Shown: positions 49,840 through 63,188 of the stretch, in pieces
Numbering within the stretch: the stretch's first letter is position 1
Layout: every line of letters begins with the position of its first letter
Source: Octopus vulgaris
Lineage: Eukaryota
Assembly (NCBI GenBank): GCA_951406725.2
Contig: OX597814.1
Coordinates: 167,710,001-167,774,000 of the forward strand
Direction: 5' to 3'
DNA: 64,000 bases
The notes under the pieces: model-generated
Seen by the model: only the letters and a program-made list of their open reading frames with translations
Database searches by the model: none
Told to the model about the DNA's origin: nothing
Translations under genes and position numbers: made by a program

Positions 49840-52736
49840 AAATGAAGTCCTTTGTGATATTAGTTCTGCCTTAATGGACAGTCTCATTCATTCACCATCA
49901 TAAATGCTGTGAAGCAGCAATTGTCCCATTGAAAACTTTTAACCAATGACACAATTCTTTACAAAATGAGATATAAAATTAATAAGACAGGTGGAAATTG
50001 GGAACAAGTTGTATGTTTGGCTTTCTAAAATTTAACTTTGTTTATTGTATTTGCCTAAGACAAAATAATGAATTTTACTTGTGGAGGCTATATATTTTAT
50101 ACCCCTTTATTTATAAGCTAATGAAATCCACCATTTTGACAATTCAGCAACAAGGCAGCTTTTTAACAATATGGAATCGTCCATGAATTCACATTTATTA
50201 ATATATCAGAAAAGTTTAATTTGAAATAGAACAGCAGAAAGGGAAAAATGGACATGAAAACAGTGTTGATCGTGATGTTGATGATTAATAAGGTGAAATT
50301 GTTGATTGCTTGAGAAGAGATTGAAAATAGAAGATAAGAAATGGCTGAATAAATGATAAATGCTAAAAGTAGATAATAAGCAGAAAATGTAATTAAGTCA
50401 GGGAAAATTTTGAATGAGGCAGTTAAAATTGGTCTGAAGGAAATGGAAGAAACAGAAGATATGAGCTTGGTAGAATATTGCATAAAGTAATCATGAAACC
50501 TCATCTAACTGATGTTAGCCTGAAAGAAAGAGAAAAAGTATTTATAGTAGCCTAATCTCAAACATTATTTTTTCTCTACTGGTCCCAGTTATATATCTGC
50601 ATTGACTGCTACTTCCACTGCGTGATTGTTTGCTTCTTACTTATCTATTTTCCTCCATCCATTTACATCAAACATTTTTCACCTCATTTTTTTTTCCCCA
50701 TCTGATACCATTATCTTCATATGATTTTAATCTCATTGAAATTTATAGTTCTAAGCTGCATGTACTGTATGCTGTTTATGTTCAATTGTGTTTTTAGTTT
50801 TAAAAATCAATACCTTGATTTGAATGTTAAAATAGTCTCCTAGAAAAAAAAAAACTGGGTTTTTTCTCTCCTCCCTGGTTATTTCTCTATGTCAGAATGG
50901 ATAGGATGGTTTCTGCCTATTTGGATATTCACATATTGTTAGACCAATATTTTTTATTATGTAGTTGTTCTACTACAAATATTCAACCTTAAAGAATGAG
51001 AGGTACCTGGCATGCAGACTGATTCAGTTTCAGTAAAGTTTTGTTTAAGTGAAAAAGACAATGGTTTCAGACAAAATTGGATGCTAGGTCCACTTGCCCA
51101 ATAACTTAACTGTATAACAGCTATTTTAGAAGAGTGTATAAATGTTTGCTTCTTATTTGCATCATATGTTGAGCTCACTTTTTTTATTGCTTACTTGCAA
51201 ATCAGAGCTTATCTATATATATTAAAATTTTACTGGATTTAATATTCTTCAAAAATTCTTGATAGTACATTCTCTATAACAAACACTTTACCTCACCAAA
51301 ATATTTACATATTGCTTTAAAAATTGTACTGTTCTCTGATTTTCTTTGTAAAATGATAAATCCCCAGTTTGCAATTTTCGATAACTTCATCAATCATTTT
51401 TATTGATTCATCCATTTAAAACGCTAATGCTTTGTATGTATTTTTCACCAACATTAACTTCAGTCACCCACCATAATGTGTATAGAATAGAAACACAGTA
51501 AATAAGAAATGACAAGACTTTCCTTGCTTTAAGATCATGGTCCTCTTTCATTTAGTCAGCTATTGATGTGATTGAGCATAATGCTTCTGATATCAAACAC
51601 TACTTAGAGATAAGTGCAAAATAATGTAATGCAGCTAACATTACTTAAAATGATATTGACAATTATGATAATGCTCACAACAATGATGAATAGTTTTGAA
51701 AAAAATTTTTTTTTTTTTTCTGTTTCTAGTGTGTGTTCTGTTTTACGTATAGCAATAAAACATTCATAAAAGATATTTGAATAACGCTTCCTGTTTATTC
51801 CCCATCTGGTTTTATAGTGAAAGATTATTCATAGAAAAATAACTTTCACTGATAAAATGAATTTTCAAATCAGTAAAAAGTATATGACTTCTGCCATGCA
51901 TGCTAACTCTGAATGTTATATTGTATAAATTGTCATCTTATTAAGCCTTAAATTTCAATTTTTAAAAAATATTCACGAGTTAAAACTCCCAATCACGAGT
52001 GTGATGTGATTAGTGTTTTGTTTTCTGTTCACCTATGGACTTGAAACTCACAAACAGAAAATATTAAAACCTATCCATATAGCTATTAAAGCTGCATTTT
52101 TGTTTTTTTGTTTTTTTTCAAAATGTTCCAAACAGCAATCTAACATGATTTAATAATAGAAAAACAAAAAATTTAATATGTTTACATTTTAATCCTCTAT
52201 CTATTATAAAAGAGTTCAAGTAATAATAAATCATAATACTCTTTTGAGACAGTTTGAGAAAGGAAAGGAGAACAATCTAATCTTCTTGCAGATAAGTAAA
52301 AGCCTGTGTAACTAAGTTTGTGGATGTCTTAAGTTCAGGATTCTAAATTAACTTTCTAAATAGCTACGTTACCATGTATAATGAATTATGTGAAATGTAG
52401 ACAGTGGCTTTCAGCATGAAAACAGTGCATCAACTTTAGTAATTAAAGAGTAATGAAGTAGATAGATGGATAATTGGGTAAATATTATAATAGTACTATA
52501 ATGTAATTCAGAACTTCTTAAGTATGTAAGCACCTGGAGATAAATGGCCTAAACTGAATGGAATATTTATTTCATAGGTTATAACTAAAGATGATAGATG
52601 ATAACTAAAGTAACTTGAAATAAATCAACTCTGACAAAATAGTATTCATACTAGATAAGATAAAGAAAAATCATTTTTTCTTGAGAGATGAAAAAACTTG
52701 TGGCAATAGATAATATTACTAATAATAATGATGATA

Positions 52737-53138
52737 GGCGCAGGAGCGGCTGTGTGATAAGTAGCTTGTTTACCAACCACATGGTTCCAGGTTCAGTCCC
52801 ACTGCGTGGCACCTTGGGCAAGTGTCTTCTACTATAACCTCGGGCCGACCGAAGCCTTGTGAGTGGATTTGGTAGACGGAAACTGAAAGAAGCCCGTCGT
52901 ATATATGTATATATATGTATGTGTGTGTGTATGTTTGTGTGTCTGTGTTTGTTCCCCTAGCATTGCTTGACAACCGATGCTGGTGTGTTTATGTCCCCGT
53001 CACTTAGCGGTTCGGCAAAGGAGACTGATAGAATAAGTACTGGGCTTACAAAGAATAAGTCCCGGGGTCGAGTTGCTCGATTAAAGGCGGTGCTCCAGCA
53101 TGGCTGCAGTCAAAATGACTGAAACAAGTAAAAAGAAA

Positions 53139-53170
<32 letters not shown>
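52737..53170 (+). mobile_element. Young full-length SINE-A with (GAAA)n tail
   Basis: CpG-rich copy, close to 21620-22019 and 37691-38093. Confidence 0.9.
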
Positions 53171-53172
<2 letters not shown>

Positions 53173-53289
53173 ATAATAATAATTACTTATGGTTGTCCAT
53201 TGATTTGTCCATAACATCGTAAAGAAAGAAAATATGATTTACACCTATACTGTAAATGGTAAAGAAAATATTTGAAAATAATGCTGATG

Positions 53290-53970
53290 ATTATTGTCAC
53301 TACCATTTAACATCCATCTTTCAATATTTGCATGGGTCAAACAAAATCTGTTGAAATAGATTTTCTACAGCCAAGTATCCTTCCTGTCACCAACACTCAC
53401 CTGTTCCTAGATAACTTAATATTCCCTCTGGCTACACATTTTTTTTTCCATGAATTCTTGGAAACAAACACATCTTGTATGATGGTGATGTTCATTTACA
53501 GACATCAGGTGATGTTAAGACAAGGGTACACACACGTACACACGTTTACACACACAACAGATTTCTTTTTGTTCCTCTCGACCAAATCCACTCACAAAGC
53601 TTTGGTCAGCCAAGGCTATAGTAGAAGATACTTGCTCAAGGTGCCACAAAGTGGGTAACAAGCTTCTTAAACACATAGCTGTCTGTGCCTGTTATTAATA
53701 TTCATCATTATCATCATCGTTTAACATCTGCTTTCCATGCTGGCATGGCTTGGACGGTTTGACTGAGGACTGGCAAGCCAGTAGACTGCACCAGGCTCCA
53801 TTCTGATTTCCTACAGCTGGATGCCCTTCCTAATCCCAACTATTCTGAGAATATAATGGGTGCTTTTTACATGCCACTGGCATGGGAGCCAGTCAGGGGG
53901 CACAGATATCAACCACGTTCACATGTTGCTTTTTATGTGCCAATGGTACAGGGAGCCAGTCACGTGGCAC
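53290..53970 (-). mobile_element. SINE-A/RTE-tail variant (53290-53690) next to an RTE 3' end (53702-53970)
   Basis: Reverse-complement similarity to 54860-55275 and 59550-59720. Confidence 0.6.
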
Positions 53971-54859
53971 TAATGATAATAATCATTTCTAGTTCAGGTA
54001 TAGTGCCAGCCATTTTGAGGAGAGAAGAACAGTTGATTATATTAAACCCAGTATTTGAATGATATTTTATTTTATTGACCTTGAAAGTTGGCTAAAAGGT
54101 ATCAGTTCTAATTGTATAAACTGTGAATGTGTGCTTTCAGAGATTGCTAAGAAAACATTCAAATTAACCTGAGAATATAAATTAAGTTTATACCAACATG
54201 ATGCTGAAACTTCAAACATAAAATGTATTGAATTAATACAGTTTTATAATTGAAAAAGCTTCTAATTACATGGAGTAAACCAGAGAAGTCACTATGTGAA
54301 CATTTTCACTACTAGAAATAGAAGTCAAATGTCCCTCAAATTACACTAGAATAAAGACTGGATGGTTACTGCTAGAACACTTTTCATCAGTCAGAGCTGA
54401 CCTCCTTTGAACAACAACAACAACAACAACCCATTTCAGTTATTCATGTAAATATCTGAACTCTGGAGAAACACATTGGACAATGCAATCCATGATTTCA
54501 TTATTCAGTACATCCATTCTGAGTTCATGACAGGAAAAACATGACAACAGTAGACATAACTGAACTCCCTTTGATCATAATTGTCTCCTTAATCAGGGAT
54601 GACATGATTAATGTGTATTGAGTTATATGCTGTCATTTATTATATCTAATCAAATAAAATGTGTACTTACCAAGAATTCTTTTCCATTGTTTTTTTTTTT
54701 GTTTTTTTGCTCTGGACAAAATCAGCTGCAGGCAGATTTGGTCTAACAATACCAAAGACGTATGTCATGATGACATCCCTAACACTCCATCAGGAGTTGA
54801 GGAAGCAAGGCAAGGCATTGTCATTATATGCAAGTATTGCTTATGTAATAATAGTACTT

Positions 54860-55275
54860 GCATGTGTGGTTAAGAGGTTTGCTTCCAAACCACTTCAGCA
54901 AGTGCCTTCAAGTATACTTGGGTTGAGCAAAGCCTTGTAAGTGGATTTAGTAGACAAAAACAAAAAGAAACCATCATATGCATATATCTGTGTGTGTGTG
55001 TGTGTGTGTGTGCACAAATGTGCATATGTTTGTGTCTCTTTGTTTTGATGTCATCTGATAGTTGTAAATGATTGTCACTGTCATACAAGCAGTGTCATTT
55101 ATTTCCAATAATTATTCTGCAAAAACATGTTTGGCATTGAGGAAGTATGACCTTGCTTGGAAGCAGGTGACAGTTGGTGGCAGGAAGGGTATCTGGCTGT
55201 AGAAAATCTACCTCAGTAAATTCTGTCCAACCCATGTAAGCATGGAAAAGTTAATGCTAAAGCAGTGATGATGAT
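54860..55275 (+). mobile_element. SINE-A variant with RTE-type tail
   Basis: Head and core, then GGCAGGAAGGGTATCTGGCTGTAGAAA...AACCCATGTAAGCATGGAAAAG...(GAT)n. Confidence 0.7.
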
Positions 55276-56039
55276 TATTACTTATGTATTATAAGTATTA
55301 CTACTTTAGTATTAATTCATTTAAAGCTTGCATTTGGATTCAGCTATCAGATTATAGCAGTTGTCATATTTCTTGAGGTTAGATAATTAAGACTTAAGGC
55401 ACTGAGTTTCTGTGTTGCTTCAAGAGATGCTCTCCAGAAATTATTATTATTCATGTATTAGCATAAGCAGACAATATTAATCAGGCATTAACACATGGCA
55501 GTTTTATTATTGATATATGCATATATTATTAATTAGAGCATCAGACTGCCTTGCAGTATTTTTTTCTGATTCTTTGTACTCTGAGTTCAAATGCAATGGA
55601 GGTCAACTTTGCCTTTCATACTTTCAAGATCAATAAAGTGCTAGTCCTGTACCAACAATAATTCTTCCACCCTCTCTTTTTCTTTCTGGGAGAAACTGGA
55701 TGTGAGTAGACATTTAGTATGGGAATGTTACTGAACCTGGCAGAGATATTGTTGTTGTTGTTGTTGTTACTGTTATTTAACTTCTATGTCATCAGGTCAT
55801 CTGATTGACTAAGTCTTTGATCAAAAGTATTCTAATCATGATCATCTCTTGTTAAAGATATAATGTATCCAGGACTACATTATATCACACACGTATATAT
55901 CACCATCATCATTTCATCATTATCATTTCAACATCTTTTCTATGCTTGCACAGGTCAGACCAAATATATCGAGGCAGATTTTCTACATCCAGATGTCCTC
56001 CCAATTGTCAACCCACACTTGTTTCTAAGCAAGGTGATA

Positions 56040-56290
56040 TCATCATCATCATCATCATCATCGTTTAGCGTCCGCTTTCCATGCTAGCATGAGTTGGACG
56101 GTTCAACTGGGGTCTAGGAAGCCAGAAGGCTGCACCAGGCCCAGTCTGATCTGGCAATGTTTCTACGGCTGGATGCCCTTCCTAACGCCAACCATTCCGT
56201 GAGTGTAGTGGGTGCTTTTTACGTGCCAGGCGAGTCTGGCAAACAGCCATGATTGGATGGTGCTTTTTACATGCCACCGGCACGGGGGCC
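56040..56290 (-). mobile_element. Young RTE LINE 3' end
   Basis: (CAT)n then CGTTTAGCGTCCGCTTTCCATGCTAGCATG...GGATGCCCTTCCTAACGCCAACC. Confidence 0.75.
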
Positions 56291-56505
56291 AGATATATAT
56301 AGATATATATCTGGAGGATTAAAAACGCATGTCAAAAGACTTCATACTATGGTACTGATTCCTTTTGCTGGCCAGCAATAAAATATGCAAATTTTTGCCA
56401 TGGCTCAAGGGTTATAGGAGGACCTCACATTGAATTATTGACTCATTTCAATGATTTTTTTTTCTAGCAATGGCTTTTCTCATATATGAGAAAGCAACCA
56501 TCATA

Positions 56506-56536
<31 letters not shown>

Positions 56537-57911
56537 TTATTTTATTTTAGGATATGTAGACTGTGTGATTTGAGGGATAGTTGGCTGTCATTTAAATTAA
56601 ATTCATAACAGTCAAATTAACCATGATGTGGTAAAAAAAAAAGAGTCTTTAACACCTGCACATAGCCTGTTCCACTACTTCTCCTTTTGCTTTGCAAGTT
56701 TAACTGGCTCCTTCAGTTGAACCTGCATTATAAACTGCTAGCATCTCAGACCAATGAGTGAGACTCTGAGCAGTGACTCAACTTGAAAGAAATTACTACT
56801 AAATATCCCTCTAAAATCATACCTGCCATCTTGGAAAAGAACACATTATGTTTTTGATATTGGGTGCCCTGTGCCTAGAAAATAGACTGGATGGTCTTGG
56901 CTGGAACACCCTTTATTATAGGTCTGCAGGATCATGGTAAGCCTGAGACTAGAAGACAACAGCCTCCTACAAGGGGTACAATTCCAATTTCTTTCATGAC
57001 CCATATTTTGTAACTTTCTCTAGAGTTTTATGCTGCTTGATCTTTTTTTTTTCATTTCCAAATATTCTGTTATTCCCTGGTGATGTTGCTATATCAATTA
57101 TCCAATAAACTCTTCTCTTTTGCAACAATGACATTTTCAGGTATTCTTTCCTATTTCTCATAATCACTTTCGATGTTGAAGTCCTTATTAACTCTACCAC
57201 TGGGACAGGCTGGTTCTCATAACACTTTTTTGTTCAGCTTATGTTTCTTGTACAACCGCCAGTGCACAATTCTGTCAGTGCCTTCTTTTGTATTCTTTTT
57301 ATGGTAGTTTACTACACATTATAATGTGACTGACCATTTTCCCTTTCATTCTACAGTCTACATCTATATGGTTTTATCAATATTCAATTTCACATAATTA
57401 GTTCTCAGAGATTGCTCTCATACTGCTCATATTAAGGCTTCAGTCTTGATCTACATGTCCATTCAAATGATGCTTACTTATCTATTCCACTTGCCAGATC
57501 TCATATAAATTGGCCATGCATTAATTGATCCATCTACTTTTTTCTTTATCTGCTTTCTCTATCTCTTCTACTTTTCTTTTATTATAATTAGTATTTTCTA
57601 TACTATTTCAGTCTGTAAAATGTCATATTGTTTTACTTCCATCAGCCAAAGTTCAGTATTGTTCTTTATGTACAAACCAAGATTGTTTTCTTTTCATTAT
57701 TGTTATTATTCTTGTTATTGTTTTCACTATTACTCCCTACAGAAAAATTACCTCCATCATTGGTACAGGTGTGGCTTTGTGGTTGAAGGTTCACTTTCCA
57801 ACCACATGGTTTGGGATTCAGTAGCACTGCATGGCACCTTGAGCAAGTACCTTTACTGTTGAACTTGGCCAACCAAAGCCTTGTGAGTGGATTTTGAGAT
57901 ACTTGAAATAT

Positions 57912-59720
57912 TTGGCTGTGTAGTCATCCGTATTGTAAATCAGGTGATTCACAAAGGAATCATACCTAATGACTGGTGTGGCAGCATCATAGTCAACTGC
58001 TACAAAGGTAAAGGTGATGCCTTAGATAGAAATAATTACAGGGGTATCAAATTGTTGTATCAGATGATCAAAGTTATGGAGATAGTCATAGCCCAACTAA
58101 TTAGGGGGAGAATTTGTCTAGATGAGATGCAGTTTGGTTTTGTGCCAAGGAGAAGCACCACTGATGCTATATTTCTGGTATGGCAGCTGCAGGAGAAATA
58201 CATAACCAAAGATAAACCTCTGTACTTAGCTTTTGTTGACTTGGAGAAAGCTTTCGATAGGGTCCACCGATCCCTTATCTGGTGGTAAATGTGAAAATTA
58301 GGGTAGACAAGTGGCTGATGAGACTGTACAAGCCATGTGCAGAGACACTACCAGTAAGGTGAGGATTGGCAATGAGTACAGCGAAGAATTCAGGGTACAA
58401 GTAGGAGTTCACCAAGGATTGGTCCTAAGTCCCCTCTTCTTCACCATAGTCCTCCAGACAATAACAAAGGAATTTAAGACAGGCTGCCCCTGAGGGCTCT
58501 ACACTGATGACCTTGTTCTTATAGCTGAATCACTACCAGATCTAGAGAAGTTCCGGGTATGGCAGCAAGGTCTCAAATTGAAGGGCCTTAGAGTTAACCT
58601 AGCAAAAACCGGTCATAGTAAGTAGGAAGGCAGGCAAATTACAAGTTCCTTCAGATAGAAGGCCCTACTTGATCTGTAGAAAATGTGTAGGTAGTAACTC
58701 TGTAAGGGGCACCCAGTGTAAAGCATGGGTGAAACATGGGCTGTGACAGCCAAGGACATGCATAGGCTTGAAAGAAATGAAGCCAGTATGCTTTGCTGAG
58801 TGTACTATGTCAGTGTGAATGTCCAACAGTGTAAGCATCTTGAGAGAAAAGTTAGGCATAAGAGGTATCAGATGTGGTGTACAGGAGAGACAACTGCACT
58901 GGTATGGTCATGTGATGCATATGAACGAGGGCAGCTGTGTAAAGAAGTGCCGATCCTTAACTGTGGAGGGAACCTGTAGTAGAGGGAGACCCAAGAAGAC
59001 ATGGGATGAGATGGTGAAGCATGATGTCCAAACTTTGGGCCTTACAGTGGCAATAACTAGTGGCCAAGACCTTTGGCAATATGCTTTGCTTGAGAAGACC
59101 TATCAAGTCAAGTGAAATCACAGTTGTGGATGATGCTGGTGTCATGTAACCGCACCTATGCAGGTGACACATAAAAAGCACCTTTCGAGCATTGAGCCTT
59201 ACAGAGGCAAAGTTGTTAAGTTCCTTTCAAATAGAGGCAATGACAGACATTGGCATTATGCTGTGCTTGAGAAGAAGACCCATCAAGCCATGTAAAATTG
59301 CAGTCATGGCAGATACCGGTGTCATACAAATGGCACCCATGCCAGTGGCATGTAAAAGGACCTTTTGAGCATTGGGCCTCACAGAGGCAAGGACCAAGAC
59401 CATTTGGCATTATGCCATGCTTCAAGGAGGCAATGACCAAGACTTTTGGCATTATGCCGTGCTTGAGAAGACCCATCAAGCCAAGTAAAACTGCAGTCAT
59501 GGCAGATACTAGTGTCATGCAAATGGCACCCATGCCGGTGACTCGTTAAAGCACCCATTACACTCTTTGAGTGGTTGGCGTTAGGAAGGGCATCCAGCCT
59601 TAGAAACCATGCCAAAGCAGACCAGAGTTTGGTGCAGCTTTCCAGCATGCCAGCCCTGGTCAAACCATCCGACCCATACTAGCATAGACAACGAACATTA
59701 AATGATGATGTTGATGATGA
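57912..59720 (+). mobile_element. RTE-clade LINE, 5'-truncated, internally deleted, nested in a SINE-A variant
   Basis: KGKGDALDRNNYRGIKLL, QFGF, FVDLEKAFDRV, GVHQGLVLSP, YTDD, QLHWYGHV and RGRPKKTW with stops and frameshifts. Repetitive 3' UTR and (GAT)n tail. SINE head at 57765-57895; SINE body resumes at 59720. Confidence 0.92.
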
Positions 59721-59835
59721 AACTGTAAAAAGCCTGTTGTACATGTGTGAGAAAGAGAGAGTGTGGATGTGTACTTGCATGCACATTAGTGTCTTCTTGT
59801 CTTGCTTGACATCATGTGATAGTCATAACGCCATC

Positions 59836-60289
59836 ATCATAAAAGCAATGTCCTTCATTTCCAATCCTCTGCAAAAATTGCCCACCCATGTAGAAATATT
59901 ACCTTACCTAGAAGCAGGTGGTGATTGGTGACAGGAAAAGCATCCAACTATAGAAAATCTGCTTCAACATATTCCATAAAAATACAATTGTTGCATGAAT
60001 TTGTATAAAAATTTGCTGATACAACATCATGTTTATTGGTATACTTTGTGAATATGGTTTTCACCTTTTCAATTTTTCACTTTTACCTATAAGATATTTT
60101 ATAGGTAAATGTGAAAAAAATTTTTATACAAATTCATGCAACAATTGTATTTTTATGGGACTTGTTGTGGCAGATTTTCTATAGTTGGATGCTTTTTTTG
60201 TCACCACCTGCTTCTAAGTAAGGTAATATTTCTACCTGGCTGGATATGTTTTGCGGAGTATTGGAAATGAAGGGCATTGCTTTTATGAT
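59836..60289. repeat. Fold-back inverted duplication (~175-bp arms)
   Basis: 59836-60014 is the reverse complement of 60118-60289; the innermost 41 bp are perfect. Confidence 0.92.
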
Positions 60290-61089
60290 TCCTGGGCTTT
60301 GATTTTCAGCCCTATAGCTGAATTTGTGTTCCAGTTGTCTCTATCTTGAAGTGTTTACAACAGCATTAGAAAAGGCATTCTGTGATGTACCTTAATCTCC
60401 TCCACTGATATGATACTTACATTATCCAATTGATGTAAGTATTTCAATCTCATCATTCATTCTGACAAACATTTCTTCAGGAAAAAGTTGAAGAATATAC
60501 TCAGTGAGCCTTGCTTCTAAATTCAAAGGTTTTGTACTGCTTACATCACTAATGTAAACATCAATACACTGATCATCTATATGATGATTGCACACCTTTC
60601 CAGAATTGATAAACCCCAATATTACTTAGATTAATTTTATGTACAGCTGATGCTGAAATATCATTCTAATTATTTTCTCTGAGTCTTAGCTCAATTTTTC
60701 TTATTAAAACATTAATAAATAACAATAAATAATATACTGATTTTTCACTCACACATCGAGATATTAACCACTATGATAATCGAAAATCTTGCAGCACAGA
60801 ATTTTCAGAGTTAAATCTGATGGTTGGTAGAAAAAAAGAACATTAGACAAATTTCTCTATTGTATTTAGTAATATCTGTTTAAGACCTGAATTCAAATGG
60901 TACTGTAGGTTGACTCTGGTTTTTGTATTTTGTCGAGTAAACAAAAGAAAATACCAATTATATACTGAATGCAATTAAATTGACTGTGTCTTGACCCAAA
61001 TTTGTAACTTGGTGATAATATTAGAAAGTAGTATTAATATTTTTACTGTTTTATGTTTCAGTTAAGCAATTATTATCCATGTCTTTGTA

Positions 61090-61790
61090 GTATATTTTAT
61101 TTCCCGTATTTGGCTTTTGGGTGGTGTATTTTAATTACTGTCATTATTTTCCTTGCCTGCATATCTGGTTTTCATAACTTCTCTTAAATTCCAGTTGAGA
61201 ATATTATTACTGGACACAAAAGTATCATTACCAATTAATTTATTTTTGGCATTTAGTTCTTTAATATTCCTTCTCTGTTTCTGTAATTAACATGATATTA
61301 TATAGCGGGTGGTTTCCCCTCTTCAATGTTGCTTTGTGAAATTTTCTAAATTTCCTTTCCAATTTCACTGTTGAATTCTTCACTGTATGAAAATAACAGT
61401 GTCTTATTGTTTGTGATTACTAGTATGCAGCTTCAAGTTTTCCACACCTGTCCCTTTTATCTTATTGGTTCATGGTGTTATTGCCAAACAGAAAGGCTGG
61501 GAAGAGGAGTAGTGTTTTCTTTGGAATATTCCTCCTCTGACAGGGATTAGTTTCATGTTTACAATCCACTCTTTTGTTTGGATATGTACAACTGTCTTTC
61601 ATATACTCATTGCATGTTTGATGTTTCTGTTTGTTAATGGTATCATCTTACTCATTGATAGTGTTTCCAAAGCCTTTTTAACAATGAATCCATGTCTCCT
61701 TTCTTCTCTTTTAGTGTTCACAAACTGATCTTGACATCCATATGAGTTTAGGCTACACAGCTCTTCTACTTTTCTGGAAGTGTATTATAT
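61090..61790 (-). mobile_element. Highly decayed R4/Dong-like LINE fragment
   Basis: Minus relics KREERRHGFI (cf. RxEGGRGL) and ETTRYIIS (cf. ETxxHIIS); weak match. Confidence 0.4.
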
Positions 61791-62707
61791 TGCTGCTTTT
61801 AGTCATTTGATTGTGGTCATACTGGGGCACTGACTTCAAAGGTTTTAGTCAATCATATCATTGCTAGTACATACTTCTGTCTGATATTTATTTTATTGAA
61901 TCATTAAGTTAGACTTTTGACATATAAGACACACCACACTGGTTCACACCAATAAACATTAATACAAACAAGTGCATGTTCATGCACACAGATATGCATA
62001 CAAATGCACATTAAGTTCTTGTACTGTTTGTAGCTACCAAATACCATTCACAAAGCACTAATCAACCCAAGGCTAGAGTAAAAGACACTGGAGCAATGTG
62101 CCCTACGGTTCAATCAAACTCAAAATCACCAGGACTGTTGTTTCTGAAGCAAATTTCTTAATCACACAGTTCCACATATGTTGGATTATATCTTTTCTAC
62201 TGTCTATAATGAAAACTTATATTTTTGCATTAGGAATTACATAAGTAGGTAAACAAGTACTGAGTTTGTATATTTAGAGAAATTCATACTTCAGTTTCAG
62301 AGATTAACATGTTTTTTTCCTTTGTTAATTGTGCAGGTCTTTCACTATTTCAATAAATTTGTTATTATTAAGATTATTACCATAATTGTTATTGTTACTA
62401 TCTGAATTAGAGAAGAGCCTGATAAAATATCTTGCATAAGTTGAAATTCCACCGTAATCAATTTAATTACCTAATCCCTTTCACACATTATGTAGACTTG
62501 TTTCTATGTTGAGATATTTTTATCTCTAGTAGATTATTTTTATCTTAAGTGATTGGTAAAATCTTTGTCCCTGAGAGATTCAAGCTTTGTTCACAGCATT
62601 ATAACCTCACCCTTCTCTCTCTCATTTTCTCAGTTTCCATATTTTTAGAATTTCTGTATGTGTTTACACACACACACACACACATATGTAACAAAATGAG
62701 GTATGAG

Positions 62708-63188
62708 GAGTGGCCTATGGCATGTAAAAACAGAGACATACAGATATATCAAATACCATTGAACATAAATTCATGATTTATTAAAATTATCTTCACCTCT
62801 AGAGTATGTATCACAATTACCAAATGGCATCTGTGACCAGCTCCATTTAAGAAAGGGAGATAATCTCAAGAATCAAGGATTCTCCAAAGCTGACTTGCTA
62901 TTAAGAAAGATGATAGGCTTATTGTCTGAGGATAAGAGGACAGTCATGGACATGTGTTTCTACCTCAGCAGCATCATAAAGCATGACAATAGTCATAGAC
63001 ATATATGAAAGGAGTACAATGCATTCATGGCCTAAGTAATTTGCATTAACTGAAGAAAAATTAGTTAAGGGAAATAACTCAGAGTGGCTAATGGCATGTA
63101 CATACAGAACAAAAACAAATATAATTATATCAAATATACACCATGAATTCTTGATTTATTAAAATTATCTCTGCCTCTAGAGGGTGTA
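62708..63188. repeat. ~100-bp diverged direct repeats 62708-62810 and 63082-63188
   Basis: GAGTGGC..ATGGCATGTA ... GATTTATTAAAATTATCT...CCTCTAGAG occurs twice. Confidence 0.7.

Noticed and set aside
60422-60619. 65-aa minus ORF next to a GTAAG donor
   Set aside because: A stop codon precedes the donor and no homology was recognised.
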